Shown: positions 50,800-63,768 of the stretch, one piece after another
How the letters are laid out: each line of letters starts with the position of its first letter
Position numbering within the stretch: the stretch's first letter is position 1
DNA from: Octopus sinensis
Lineage: Eukaryota
Direction: 5' to 3'
DNA: 64,000 bases
Assembly: GCF_006345805.1 (NCBI RefSeq)
Contig: NC_042998.1
Span: forward strand, 165,354,001-165,418,000
Program-made: the position numbers and the translations under genes
Notes under the pieces: model-generated
Database searches by the model: none
What the model saw: only the letters and a program-made list of their open reading frames with translations
Told to the model about the DNA's origin: nothing

Positions 50800-51600
50800 C
50801 CACTGAGCCGCAGGTTTTATGTCAGAGTTATCCCAGTTACCTGAGTTACCTTCCCCTAGAAGGATGCCTTAACAAAGGCTAGGAGTCCTTCACTCCCAAT
50901 GGTTTAACCGCGCGATCGGGTATTCAGTCCGATTATTTCTATGTCCCCGCGCATGATACAGCCCTAAGACATTTATTGGATGGCCGTTGACTCTCAAGAG
51001 TTCTCCCCCGCCTTTGACGGGTTTTATTTTTCATCCCGCAGGATGTCAAATATACACCCTCCTTACCAAGCAAGCTTGGTGGGGTTGCCGGTTTAGTCGC
51101 CGACGACCCGACCATGCAACAGGTTGTACTGGGTTACATGTTACCAGTAGCACTCGAAAGTGACCTGACATACATACATACATACATATATGGCTGTCCA
51201 CTCGTGGCCGAGGAAGACCATCACTGATCATACAAATGCCAGCAATTCCCGTGCATAAAGTTATTGCACCTGCAGTTGGCTTCACCCTGGTTCGCACCAA
51301 CAGCTTCCATGTTCGTCGCGGTACCTTCTTACTCGACTCGCCTTCTTGGACTTAAAATTTGGGGTCCAATAAGGCTTTCAAAGCACCTCAAAGACCATTT
51401 CCACGTTTCTGCCACGATTCAAAGACAAGCCAGCGCAATGCAAGATACTCAGTGCCAATATGTATCGCAGGCTCGGGAATGTGGGAGAGCCATGATTTGA
51501 AGCGCAAAGATCTCCGAAGTGTCCAATACCGTTCCCTGCCTATCTAGTTTTATATCAGAGTGACCTTCTCCTAGAAACATGCTTTAACAAAAGTTGAGGG
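50800..51600 (-). mobile_element. two short RTE-related non-autonomous elements in tandem (~51190-51600 and ~50800-51165)
   Basis: Both carry ttgttaa.gcat..ttctagg.gaaggt.actctga.ataaaac, resembling the RTE 5'UTR motif (recalled); separated by (TATG)n. Confidence 0.45.
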
Positions 51601-51979
51601 TAATTTATACATTCATACATATGTATGTTTGAATGTGTGTGTGTGTGTGTCTGTGTGTACTGCGTGTGTACTGATGCATACATGCATACATACACATTCA
51701 CATATTTACTCACACACACATACACACACATATATGCATATTTATGATTAGATAGGGAGGAAAGATACAATTGATCGAAATTACAAGAGACAGGCTAACA
51801 ATTCCAGTCTGTTATATATTTTGAGTATTGTTATCACTAGCGATATCAAGATATAATTTTGTATTTTATGTGTAGATGTATATATATATAGATGTACATG
51901 TAATATGTACACATATATATACACATATATACATGCACTACCACTATGACCCGGCAACGACGGGTCTTTAATGCTAGTA

Positions 51980-52011
<32 letters not shown>

Positions 52012-52223
52012 AAGACAGAGATATATAGATAGATAGATATTATTTATTCATTTACTTGTTTCAGTCATTTTGAGTGCGGCCATACTGGAGCACCGGACTT
52101 ATTCTGTGTAAGCCTAGTACATCTTCTATCGGTATTCTTTTGCCGAACTGCTAGTTAATGGGGACGTAAACACACCGACAGGCATACATACACGTACATA
52201 CATACCTACCTATATACATGTAA

Positions 52224-52307
<84 letters not shown>

Positions 52308-52419
52308 AAGAGAGAGAGAGAATCCAAACATGGAAACACGAAGAGAAAACCCAACAACGCGAGGATGTGGAACAAGTATAGTGTTATTGGACGCTTAGGA
52401 AAGGACAGAAAGAAGGAGG

Positions 52420-52456
52420 ATGTAACGTTTCGAGCGGAGCTCTTCGTCAGAAACAT
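52420..52456 (-). ncRNA. minimal type I hammerhead motif in a PLE-type repeat (~52320-52500)
   Basis: atgttt|CTGACGA|a gagc tcc gctc|GAA|ACGT|T|acat: intact core with an extra A after A9; helix I weakened. Confidence 0.6.
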
Positions 52457-52535
52457 AGAAAAAGACGGAGAAAGAAAATCACCAACGATACACACGTGAT
52501 TCGTAAACAAGCTACTTACCACACAGCCACTCCGT

Positions 52536-52782
52536 CTTTTATCTTCTATGTTTTACTTGGTTCAATCATTAGCATGCTTCCATACTGCGGCGACGCCTTG
52601 AAGAATTTTTAGTGGAATGAATTGATTTCAAAAATTTTTTTCTTTTTTGTCTCTTTTTCGTTAATCCTGGTACTTAGTCTATCGGTCTCATTGCCGAACT
52701 TTTAAGTTACGAGTGCGCAACTCACCAACCCCAGTTGTCAAGCTGTGATGGGAGAGTAATACACTCACACACACACACACAC

Positions 52783-52818
<36 letters not shown>

Positions 52819-53013
52819 TCACACACACGTGCACAAACGCACACATATATACTACCAGCTTCTTTCAGTTTCTGTCTACCAAATCCACTAACAAGGTTTT
52901 TGTGTGTTCCGCGCTATAGTAGAAGGCACTTGCCCTAGGTACTACGAAACGGGGCTGCAACTTGGACATGTGGTTGCGAAGCAAGCTTTGTACTACAAAC
53001 CCACGCCTGCGCC
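52536..53013 (-). mobile_element. SINE family B, near full length, with internal (CA)n
   Basis: Minus-strand head ggcgcaggcgtggg...; body and tail match other B copies. Confidence 0.85.
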
Positions 53014-53170
53014 TACATATATATATTGTTGAAATTTACAGAACAACAAAAGACCACAGATCTATTAGTTTGACACTCGGGAAAATCAGAAAGTCTTTTA
53101 CGTTTCAACAGAAAAGAGTAAGGGAAATAAACACACACACATATATACATACATACACACACACACACAC

Positions 53171-53225
<55 letters not shown>

Positions 53226-54914
53226 TATGTATATATATATATAAAAGCTAGCTCCTGTAGAGGGCTCCTCATTAGGCCTTGGGTCCAACAATGACACTTC
53301 ATTGACGATGGTGGTGGTGATAGTGATGGTGGTAGCCGAGGCGGTCAAGGGTGACGGTGAGAGTAAGCGATGTGAAAGACAGTGGTGATGGAGGAGAAGG
53401 CAGTGAAGTCAAAGGTATTGGTGTTGGTGGCGTCAGAAATCTGAATGGTATGTGTATGGCAGATGTGGTGGCAATGGTGTTGGTACTAAGAAAATTTATT
53501 CAGTGTTCGGTCCCTCTTTCTCTTACATACCCACTCTTTCTCTCTCTCTCTTATTATTATTATTCCATTGCAACCATCAGCACTACTACTTTTAATAAAG
53601 CATCATCAATAGTAGAAGTGCCATTGAATAGTGAGAGAGGGGGTCGAAGTGTGACACACTGACACACTGAAATTAGTTTTCACATTTATTATATTATATT
53701 ATATATGTGTGTGTGTGTGTGTGTGTTGTATGTATGTATCCATAGATGTGTGTGTATAAAAATGCATATGCGTGTGTGTATAGTGGTTGTCTCATTATAC
53801 TTTAGCAATAGGTGAAGTAAATAAATAAATATATAATGTTTACTGACACTAAGCAGTGCTAACAAATCAAGATTAACCTAGGGGAGAAACTGCAAGTGAT
53901 GCGGAAAGATTTGATAGCATTCTTACTAACATATTTCAGTAAAATAAAATTTAAAAAAAAATTCTCAAAACTAGCCAGAGTCAATTTTCAGTTGCTACTC
54001 GTTTCAATAGCTAAGATTAAGACAAACGGCAAAGGTGACAGCTAAAGATATTGTTATCAGTTACTACTGCTTTTGTCAGTTTGAGCTAATACTAGTTTGA
54101 GCTGATTCATGCCACCTGACTTATAGTGTGTCAGAGACCTTAGGATTTTTAGGAGAGCTCTGAGTTGAATTAGTTGCATTTAATTTCAGATTAGTGTTTT
54201 ACTTGAGGATTTTAAAGAAATCTGTAAAATATGTTTACAGTAATTCATTGGTTTTTAATATAACTGGAGTGTAGGAAGAGGCTGAGGTCAGAGGAGAGAA
54301 AATTGACAGGTGGGTTGGGTAAGGTGGGAATTAGAATATTGACTGTGAATTAATGAGTGAGGCGAGGGAAATATAATTAAAGTAAGCGCAAGAACAACAG
54401 GGAAAGAATGCGAGGCAACGAGGGAGGAATGAGAAGAAAGTGAAGAGTAAGGAGTGTCAATGATAGAAGAGAAATGGAACAAAATAACAAAAGAGCAGCA
54501 AAAAGGAGTAAAAGAAAAATAAATAAATAAAACATGATATAAAGATGGGGCTGAAATTGACTGAGAAAAAAAAGAAAGAGAATGGTCTAAGTGACGAGTA
54601 TGAGAGAGAGACGAGTAAAGAATGATGTTGTAAATGACCATGGTTGTGCATGTAACATGCTGAGTTAATACGCTTCGATTAAATGAGATAATCCACATAA
54701 TTTGTAATCGGAAACTAACTCGGGCGTTCCTAAATGTGAAAGTAAAACAGTGGGGGCAATTACTCTGCTAAAATCAAATAAGTGAAAATTTTGAAAATAC
54801 AGACAGTGCAGTATGGAGGTGGATTTAAATTTTGAATTTAGTATGCAGAGCGTTACTTCGAGGTTTGGCTTCAGCCGTATTTCTGAAATTCTTAGTCAGC
54901 ACTAAACAACAACT

Positions 54915-54921
54915 GCTGCTG

Positions 54922-54970
<49 letters not shown>

Positions 54971-54984
54971 CACCAACACCAACG

Positions 54985-55024
<40 letters not shown>

Positions 55025-55046
55025 ACTACTACTACTACTACTACTA

Positions 55047-55102
<56 letters not shown>

Positions 55103-55103
55103 C

Positions 55104-55162
<59 letters not shown>

Positions 55163-55165
55163 CAC
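54915..55165. repeat. (CTA)n/(CCA)n trinucleotide repeat
   Basis: Explains the poly-V and poly-L ORFs. Confidence 0.95.
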
Positions 55166-55469
55166 ATATATTTGGACATTCTTTGCTTTTTCCAACAAAA
55201 TAGAATATGCTTCAATGCGGTATCTAATAATGCCCACAGCTTGTCTGCTACTTTTGCCTGTTTGTTAGAGACCAAATTCAAACCCATAATGCATTGCCTC
55301 GTATATATTGTATCTTATTGGAGTAATTTCTCTTTGCTTGTTGTTTTAGATCTTAAGTCACTTGTAACAGAATAAGAGAATCTTAAAAATCTAAAGAGAC
55401 TGTCGACATCGAAATCTGATGTCAATTAATGGCTAACATGTATAAATTTCTTTCCCATAAGGAATCCCT

Positions 55470-56590
55470 GGATCTATTCAATCTCAATCACAAGTTGTTT
55501 TTAATTATTTTTCTTTTTAACTAAACAATTTGTAACTACGGATATTGGAAGAATTTCTCACGTAGAACACGGTTTACTCTGAAAGTTTTTGACAGAATTT
55601 CCTATTTAGAAGTTATTTCGTGTTAAAGTTGTCGTATTTGGGTAATTTCAGCCAATCAATGACGTGGGTTCGGTTGAAGAAAGCTACTGCTGTTTGCGAT
55701 AATAATCGAAGAGGACCATCTTCTGGGTCATCTCTACTAAATGTCACCACTCCATTTGAAGAATCAATACCATAGAGCAACGAATCCGCAGCTAGCTTTT
55801 TTGATGTTGACGTATATGTACTTTCAAAATTCCTTATTTTACAGCTATGAGATGTATTGTTGTTGTCATGATTTTATCTTACTATAATCAATAACAAACA
55901 CATTTCGTCAATATAAAAGTCTCTATTAAGGCGGCGATCTGGCAGAAACGTTAGCACGCCGAGCGAAATGCTTAGCGGTATTTCGACTACTGTTACGTTC
56001 TGAGTTCAAATTCTGCCAAGGTCGACTTTGCCTTTTATCCTTTGGGGGTCGATTAAATAAGTACCAGTTACGCACTAAGGTCGATGTAATCGACTTAATC
56101 CCTTTGTCTGTCCTTGTTTGTCCCTTCTATGTTCATCCCCCTGTGGGCAATAAAGAAATAAATATAAAAGTCTTCATTAGATTAAAAATAACATTATCGA
56201 AACATGAAGGTAAAACAAAACAAATAGCAGCTATACACCGGAAAATACGGTGCAAGTTCGCTCGCTGGTTGCTCGTTGATAGTGTATAAGGGAGGGAAAG
56301 AGTAAGGAATGCACAGTGCTGACTAGAAAGGAAGGAAGAATAAAGGTGACGAATAGAACAGAGAGGTGACCCGGAAGTTGTTCCTCTTCGATTACTATTG
56401 CAAACAGCAGTAGCTTTCTTCAACCGAAAACGCGTCGTTGATTGGTTGAAATTACCCAAATACGACAACTTTAACACGAAATAACTTCTAAAATAGGAAA
56501 TTCTGTCAAAAACGTCCAGCGTAAACCGTGTTCTACGTGACAAATTCTACCAGTATTCGAAGTTTCAAACTGTTTAGTAAAAAAAAAAAT
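55470..56590. mobile_element. MITE with ~220-bp inverted arms (55515-55735 / 56360-56582), related to the 40349 element
   Basis: The arms are reverse complements; the subterminal taactaaaca...aaact.cg.ata.tgg.agaat.tgt motif is shared with 40349-41220; right end eroded. Confidence 0.85.
55929..56160 (+). mobile_element. SINE family A nested in the MITE spacer, ~19-bp TSD
   Basis: aatataaaagtct[ct/tc]atta at 55910-55928 and 56161-56179. Confidence 0.92.
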
Positions 56591-56594
56591 TTTT

Positions 56595-57400
56595 AATCTG
56601 AGGAATATGGAATTAGAAAACTGATAAATGTAAGAAACAATATCTATGATGATGAGAAATTTCCAGAAAATCTGAGTTAATCCATCTTTATTGCACTCTC
56701 AAAAAGATCTGGAGCGGTGGACTGAACAATATCGAACGACTAGAATAATGAGTCACGTTACAAAGATCATTCTGAGAATTTTACTCCGTCGAGCAAGCAG
56801 CAGAATAACACCTGAGACTGAACAGTTTTGCTTTGTAAATGGTGCTGGTACTAGGAACGCTATTATTGTTTTGAGAGTGATAACGGACCGGGTGGCTGAG
56901 AAGCAAAAACACATCTTCGTGTATTTCAGGTATTTCATAGATTATTCAAAGGCCTTCGATAAAGTAAGACCCGATGTGGTACTTGAAGAACTCAGTAACC
57001 TAGATCTACATGAGAAAGACCTCAAATCTTGCAGAGCCTATATTGTAACCAATTTTAGGAATGAGAGCGTGCTTGATGGGCTGTGAAAAATGGTTCTTAA
57101 GGAGAATATTGAGGACAGTGCGGACAAAGTGTCTAATGAAGAAGTGGTGACTCGGGCTGTGGTAAACAGGAAATTGCTTGGTGAAATAAGGGCCAAGCAA
57201 CTGAGAATTATTGGTCAGGTGATAAGGGAATTTAGTGCCGACCGGTAAGATTGAAGAGAAAGGAAGCAGAAGGAGAAGGATGATATGGATTCAAGCTTGA
57301 CGAACTGGTTGGAAGAAAGAACCATAAAACATCAGGAATTGGAAGTGCTACAGAAAACAAAGAACAGAGAATTGTGGCAGGTTCACGATCGCCTATATCC
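56595..57400 (+). pseudogene. RTE (BovB/Expander-like) LINE fragment with internal deletion of most of the RT
   Basis: NNIYDDEKFPENLS*SIFIAL...YRTTRIMSHVTKIILRIL...EQFCFVNGAGTRNAI...FIDYSKAFDKV...LQSLY joined near 57050 to CEKWFLRRILR...KVSNEEVV...TGKIEEK. Confidence 0.9.
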
Positions 57401-57411
57401 TACATACTGGA

Positions 57412-57710
57412 CTAGCAGTATCGCCCGGCGTTGCTCGGGTTTGTAAGGGAAATAACTATATAAGCATTTTTAGAGAGTTACTTCCCTTATATAATAACAA
57501 AAAATGCATTAAAAATGGGGAAAATGATGGTAATTTTTTTTAAATCGTAGACTCATCGTAGACGCGCGCTAATACCAAGAAGGGCTCGATATGAATCACG
57601 ACTATAAGATACCCGCTTTTAGTTAAACTGCACCGCAAAATGTGGAAGTAGTTAGGAATCTAAATCGTAGGAAACAGACACTCACACAACTTCAGTTTTA
57701 TATATAAAGA
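57412..57710 (-). mobile_element. short non-autonomous Helitron, both ends intact
   Basis: Minus strand A|TCTTTATATATAAAA...acccgagcaacgccgggcgatactgCTAG|T: 5'-TC, subterminal GC hairpin, 3'-CTAG, AT target, no TSD. Confidence 0.85.
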
Positions 57711-59127
57711 TATGGCAACTAAAAAGAATTAAGAAATACTTCCCGTTTTGAGCTATAGTCTTAAAAAGTTATAAGGTTATGTGACAAGTCAAAGTAAACA
57801 ATAATTGAGCAAAGAATAAACACACGCAAAAAAAGAAACAAACAAAACAGAATATTAATTACCTATTCATATTGTTGTTGCTATGGACGATGCATTAATT
57901 ATATGTATTGTTCAGTATTAAATAAATTATGAATTACTTTTAATTAAATTGTCTTAACATTTCATAGTTGTTTCATAGATAAAACCAAACATCATCTCAC
58001 ACGCTCTATTCTTTTCTGAAAACTTCTGAGACATCTAATTCCTTTACTTCTTTCTTTCTTTTAGCCTTTCCTTATTCTTTCTTATTTTCATTCTTACTTC
58101 CTTCCATCCTTTTTTCTTTCTTTCTGTCCTCCTTCTCTTTCCTCTTACATCGTGCCCCATAGTTCTATCTAGTTGTCTATTCAGTTGTCACTCTTTTTGT
58201 TTATGATTTCTACTACAAATTAAACTGGCAGAAACGCAATTAGCTTTATATTCCTCCACTCTCTCTCTCTGTATGAGCTTATAATAAGCATGACGTTTGT
58301 GTGTGTGTGTGTGTGTGTGTCTGTAAGATGAATATATGTTTGTAGCCAAAGCTTCAAGACAAATTTTTCATCGAGATAACAGAAAGTTTATGATAGACGA
58401 ATATCTTTTCCAAATGAACATCTCTGATTTATGGAACATTTTTCAAATTCTTTCCATATTCTTAGGCAACACAAAACATATTGAATAACCCCAAGCGCTG
58501 CAATAGATAGTGCAGACGGTTACTGATAAAAAAAAGTAATACGTTTATATAAATTAGTACAGTATTTTATATTTTAAAAGAAATGGGTATGGGCATATTT
58601 TTAGAAAAAATGACAAAACGTCAAATTATATTTCAGAGTCTAAGTATTTTAATTTTTCTTTTCTGTGCAATTTTATGAAGACCAAGTCGAACCAGCTTCC
58701 GAATTCTTTGGTTGCAATAGTTCTGAATTCATTAGTATTCCCGACCGAATTGAAGATTGTCAGGACTTTTTTAAAGCAATTTCTTCAAAACATGAAAATA
58801 TAGCTAATTCATGTGATTATTAGCGTTTTAGGTATTATTATACCAGGGAAAGTTTAAGTTCGGTGGCTAGTATATATATATATATATTTACCGTGATTCA
58901 CCGTGACCGACCAGGCTATCAGATGTTGCTGCACATCGTTGGTCACAATGCGATTCGCATTGTTTTAGCCTTCAAATGAGGCGGCCCCGCTGAAGAAAAA
59001 GTACAGAAAGAGTACAGCAGGATCGTTAGTGAAATAGTAGTTTAGTTGCTATTTCTAATTTTCGGTATGTGGTGGAGCAAATTTTGCTGAACCCTAGTTA
59101 TAATTATACTCATAATTATAGAATTTT

Positions 59128-59164
<37 letters not shown>

Positions 59165-59201
59165 ATGTACACGTAGGACAGCCACCAGAACCCTAATACT
59201 T

Positions 59202-59293
<92 letters not shown>

Positions 59294-59829
59294 TGGTACA
59301 GGACGTCGCCAACAGTAAACAACATGACATCCGAAAAAACAAATGAGTTAAATACAGAAATAACGATTTAAAAATGGAGAACAATACAAGTAATACAAAG
59401 ATTACACAGAACGACCCTTCATCAGTTGTCGGCTGTCTATCTACTCCCCATTTCGATCAATCAACGACAATATGAGTCTTCGAAGACAGTTGCTCCCATA
59501 AATACCAAAATAAAATTTTGGATTTATGGAGGGGCAAAGTTAAGAACAAGAACAGGACAATGGAGATATACAGGGAAACCGAACGAAAACAAGCATGGAG
59601 TATCGTTAGACCCGAACGAGAGGAAAGCAGTGAAGGCTGAGAGAAATATTTTCTTTGAAAAGAGAAAAGATAGAAGAGAGATATAGGAGAAGTCCGTGCA
59701 GGAAAGAAAGATGGTCACGTGAGGAAAAGAAAGATGGCCGATGGTCACGTGGTGCTATTAAGATAGACATGGCCACGGTCAATACTGGCCGAAACCTATC
59801 AAAGTATATGTGTGTGCGAGCGCGCATGT

Positions 59830-59869
<40 letters not shown>

Positions 59870-60350
59870 GAGGAGGGATGAAAACTTCTGTAGCAGTGCG
59901 AGTTTAGTTACTGTGTACTGGGGAAACACGGAGTAAAAGTTACGGAGATTTTCATCTTGCAATAAATATAACTTTGCAATGGGTATTGAGTACACTTTTT
60001 GTTCTTTGTTTGTGCAATAACTTGTGATGTAGTCTCATATGCAGACATATACACAAGTATACATACACGCAGACAGGCGCACGCGTGCACATACACACAC
60101 TCATACATATAACAAGAAGACTAGTTTCTATCTAAAATATTTGGTTACATAATCTTTCCTGCATTTGATTAACAAAGAATGTTCTTTATGTAATGTAAAT
60201 TATATAATCCAATTGCATTGTAAAATCTTCTTTTGTTTTCCATATGCAAGCAGGGACATACCATTCTGCGCATTCCAACCAAGTGAATTGTGCACTAAAA
60301 TATGAGTCTTATTCTCTCTTTTTTTGTTTGTTCCTTATTTGGATATACGG

Positions 60351-60836
60351 GAAATTACATGCTGTTGAAAACACTCTTTTATCTACCGTCAATATAAATT
60401 TAAATCGTACTATATATGTGTGTGTGTGTATATAGTCTTTTATTTGTTCCAGTTATTTGACTGCGGCCATGCTGGAGCACCACTTTTAGTCGAACAAATC
60501 GACCCCAGGATTTCTTCTTTGTAAGCCTAGTACTTCTTCTGTCAGTTTATTTTGCCGAACTGCTGAGTTACTGAGACGTTAACACACCAACATCGGTTGT
60601 CAAGTGATGGGGGGGGACAAACACAAATACACAAACACATACAGATATATATATAGTACTAGGCTTACAAAGAAGAAATCCTGGGGTCGATTTGTTCGAC
60701 TAAAAGTGGTGCTCCAGCATGGCCGCAGTCAAATAACTGGAACAAATAAAAGACTATATATACACACACACACACATATATAGTACGATTTATATTGACG
60801 GTAGATAAAAGAGTGTTTTCAACAGCATGTAATTTC
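60351..60836. repeat. inverted duplication, ~183-bp arms (60351-60534 / 60655-60836)
   Basis: The arms include a SINE B tail plus its non-SINE flank; they differ by a 6-bp indel and microsatellite length. Confidence 0.95.
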
Positions 60837-60847
60837 ATATCTATATA

Positions 60848-60890
<43 letters not shown>

Positions 60891-61062
60891 TGTATATTAT
60901 ATATTGTATATATTCAAAGAGCAATAAAGATTCAAGTTAATTTAAAAAATTTACTTGAATATGGTACCTAACTTAGATGCACCAAAAAAAACTATACTGA
61001 TTTAACAATACAGTAATGTGGGGTGATTATAAGCGAGAAAGAAGCAACAAGAATGGATAGGT

Positions 61063-61151
61063 TTTTAGTACGATCGTTTCAACAAGGACAGGTTTTATTA
61101 AAAGTTGCAAAATTACAGCATATAAACGAGTCCCGTACTCATCAGCTAAAA
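61063..61151 (-). ncRNA. type I hammerhead ribozyme (inverted pLTR copy)
   Basis: Same as 63678-63768 but missing one nucleotide at the base of helix II. Confidence 0.78.
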
Positions 61152-61222
61152 TACATGTAAGTTCTCTAGACATCCTAGTGTTTGAGGCTATACTCATGAA
61201 GTAATGTAGATAATTAAACAGA

Positions 61223-62251
61223 TTTCTAAAGATTCTGGAAAAAAATTTCCCTATCTCTCATAGATATCATAGAAATTTCTAGGAAAACAGTTAGGATTTC
61301 TTATTCAACCCTCCAAATATGTCCACTTTAATAGCTAAAATTAATAATAACAACATTAAACTAGCCAGGAAAGATAGAAATAAAAATAATAATATCAGAA
61401 TGAATACCAATAGCAATAACAATAATACTACCAACAATAAAAACAGCAATAGGAACTATCAAAACATAGGTGAAATAGTAACCACAGAATGACTAATAAC
61501 ATTAACATTAATAGTAATAATAACAATGCCGATATTAATAGAAGTAATATTGTTAATAATAGAAATAATAGAAAAAGGCTAATGGAGAAAATAAGGAGAA
61601 TGAAAATATCAGTGATATCTATAACAATAATATACAGTTGGATAAAAAGACTAACAATAATAATAACATTACGAATAATATAAGAAATCTTGGTAGGACT
61701 TTACGCCTAAATGATGAAACGGAAGGATCAATAAATAATAACAATACTTTAGATATCAGTACCAACTATAGAAATGATAATCAAAATAATAGGAACCTTA
61801 AACATCTACCCAGGAATAATCCAAGGCCTGAAGTGTTCCTCCTGTATGTAAGTGTAGAATAAAATCAAAATGCCCGGCACCTGGTCTATGTAGGGAAAAT
61901 AATGTAATCTATAAATGTACCATATCCACGGAGAATAACAAATATTTTACATTGGCTGTACAATAATTTTTTAGCCAGAGTTAGAAATCACATCTCGACT
62001 TTTAAATTACGTCATAAAGCTGGTACCACCACACTTTCAAACAAAATCTGGGAACTCAAAATAATAACAAAAATTATACCCTTAATTGGGAAATAGTTAG
62101 GAGAGCAATTCCGTATAAAAATAGTAGGGTTGGTTGTCAACTATGCTCCATGGAGACGTACGAAATTCTAAAGCATAGTAAACATAGAAACTTATTGAAT
62201 AACCATATCGAACTAGGTCAAGTTTGTGTCCACGCTAAATTGAAGACTTAA
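61223..62251 (+). pseudogene. PLE polyprotein C-terminus: RT thumb, Asn-rich linker, Cys cluster and GIY-YIG endonuclease (frameshifted)
   Basis: FLKILEKNFPISHRYH..ISRKTVRISYS..PNMSTLIAKIN...CKCRIKSKCPAPGLCRENNVIYKCTIS..YIGCT..ARVRNHISTF..KIWELK..NYTLNWEIVRRAIPYKN..CQLCSMETYEIL..LLN..ELGQVCVH. Confidence 0.9.
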
Positions 62252-63677
62252 AATATTTAAATGATTGGAATATTCATAGCTAGATAGATAGATATAACTT
62301 GATTTCTACTAGTATAGCACTGCTTTAGTAGATAACTAAGAGTTCTCACATTATAGTTATCTTATCTTTTTCCTTATATCTACATCAGTTTTTTGAGAGA
62401 ACAGAGAAATGAATAGTACTTATTCGCTACTTAATTGAGGCTTTATTTAATTTCAAACTCACAATTTTTAAATTCTTAATTTTAAATCTTAATTGTAATA
62501 TTTAATTTTAATTCCTAACTTAATCTAATTTAAGTAGCATAACTCTAATAAATTATAATTAGTTACTGTAGCCCCATAATTCTATTTCATAATTAAATAA
62601 ATAAGGCTATTCCCTCGGTGATAATATGATTATCTTCATTAGGATAGACAATCCCCTAACACCTTGTAAATGATCTTATAAGATTTGACCTGTAGTCGGT
62701 CAATGTATGAATAATAACGACAACTCCTTAAGACAATAAAATGAATAAATTAAATAAGTAAATTTTTAATGACTTTTGATAAGATTATACTTAGATTTTC
62801 CTAATGTATTTTCTGGTGATTTTAGCATCTGACCCCTTAACCCCTGACTGTGTTATCTCTTTAGATTCTCTTTAAACTCATAGCTGATTTCAACAGCAAT
62901 AAATTAACGGTTTACTGGTCAAAGAATAATAATATTCCCCTCCAGTCCCCAGATGCCTGTTGATTAAAACCAGACTTACAGTCTACTAGCTCTTCTGTAT
63001 AACTAGAACCCTCTTTTTTCTTTTTCTTTTTCTTTTTTTCCCTTCTTTCCCTATTCCTTTCTCTTCTCTTTTTCTTTTTTTCTTCCTTATTCTCTGTTCC
63101 TTTCTCTTCTCTTTTAGTCCCCCTTTCCCCTCCTTTTTTGCTCCCTCCTCCATTATTTCTCTCTTTTCTTCTATTCCCTTCTCTATTCTTGGCCGATCTA
63201 GTAAGCCCTTCAACCTTTAAGAGTTAAATAGCTGCAGCCTCTTGTGAATAGCAGTAATGTGATTAATATGGCAAACACCTAATCATATAACAAGGATTGG
63301 TACCTACCTCATTGTGTTCAACCATTGTAAAATTTATCGCCTGTGAATATGAAATTCATCTCCATTTCTCTGGAAATTTACATCTACACCATTGGAATCT
63401 GTGCATATATACAAAGGATTAATTCACCCTCTCTGTAATGCTAATAACAATGGATAAATTTGTCTTCTGTGAGTATATAATCCCTCATCATATCTATGGA
63501 AATTCATATGGATTAGGTCACCTTCTCTGTGATGCTACCAAAACTTTTTAAAATTCTGTGATAAGACTATGCATCATCTTTAAAGAACTTTAATGAACTT
63601 TAGAAATCTGTTTAATTATCTACATTACTTCATGAGTATAGCCTCAAACACTAGGATGTCTAGAGAACTTACATGTA

Positions 63678-63768
63678 TTTTAGCTGATGAGTACGGGACT
63701 CGTTTATATGCTGTAATCTTTGCAACTTTTAATAAAACCTGTCCTTGTATGAAACGATCGTACTAAAA
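63678..63768 (+). ncRNA. type I hammerhead ribozyme, best-preserved copy
   Basis: ttttag|CTGATGA|gtacgggac [41-nt loop] gtccttgtat|GAA|ACGATCGT|A|ctaaaa: 6-bp helix I, ~9-bp helix II, palindromic helix III, GUA triplet. Confidence 0.85.

Noticed and set aside
51080-51170. Possible HDV-like ribozyme at an RTE-type 5' end
   Set aside because: Manual folding gave simple hairpins; the nested P1/P2/P3 pseudoknot order could not be built.
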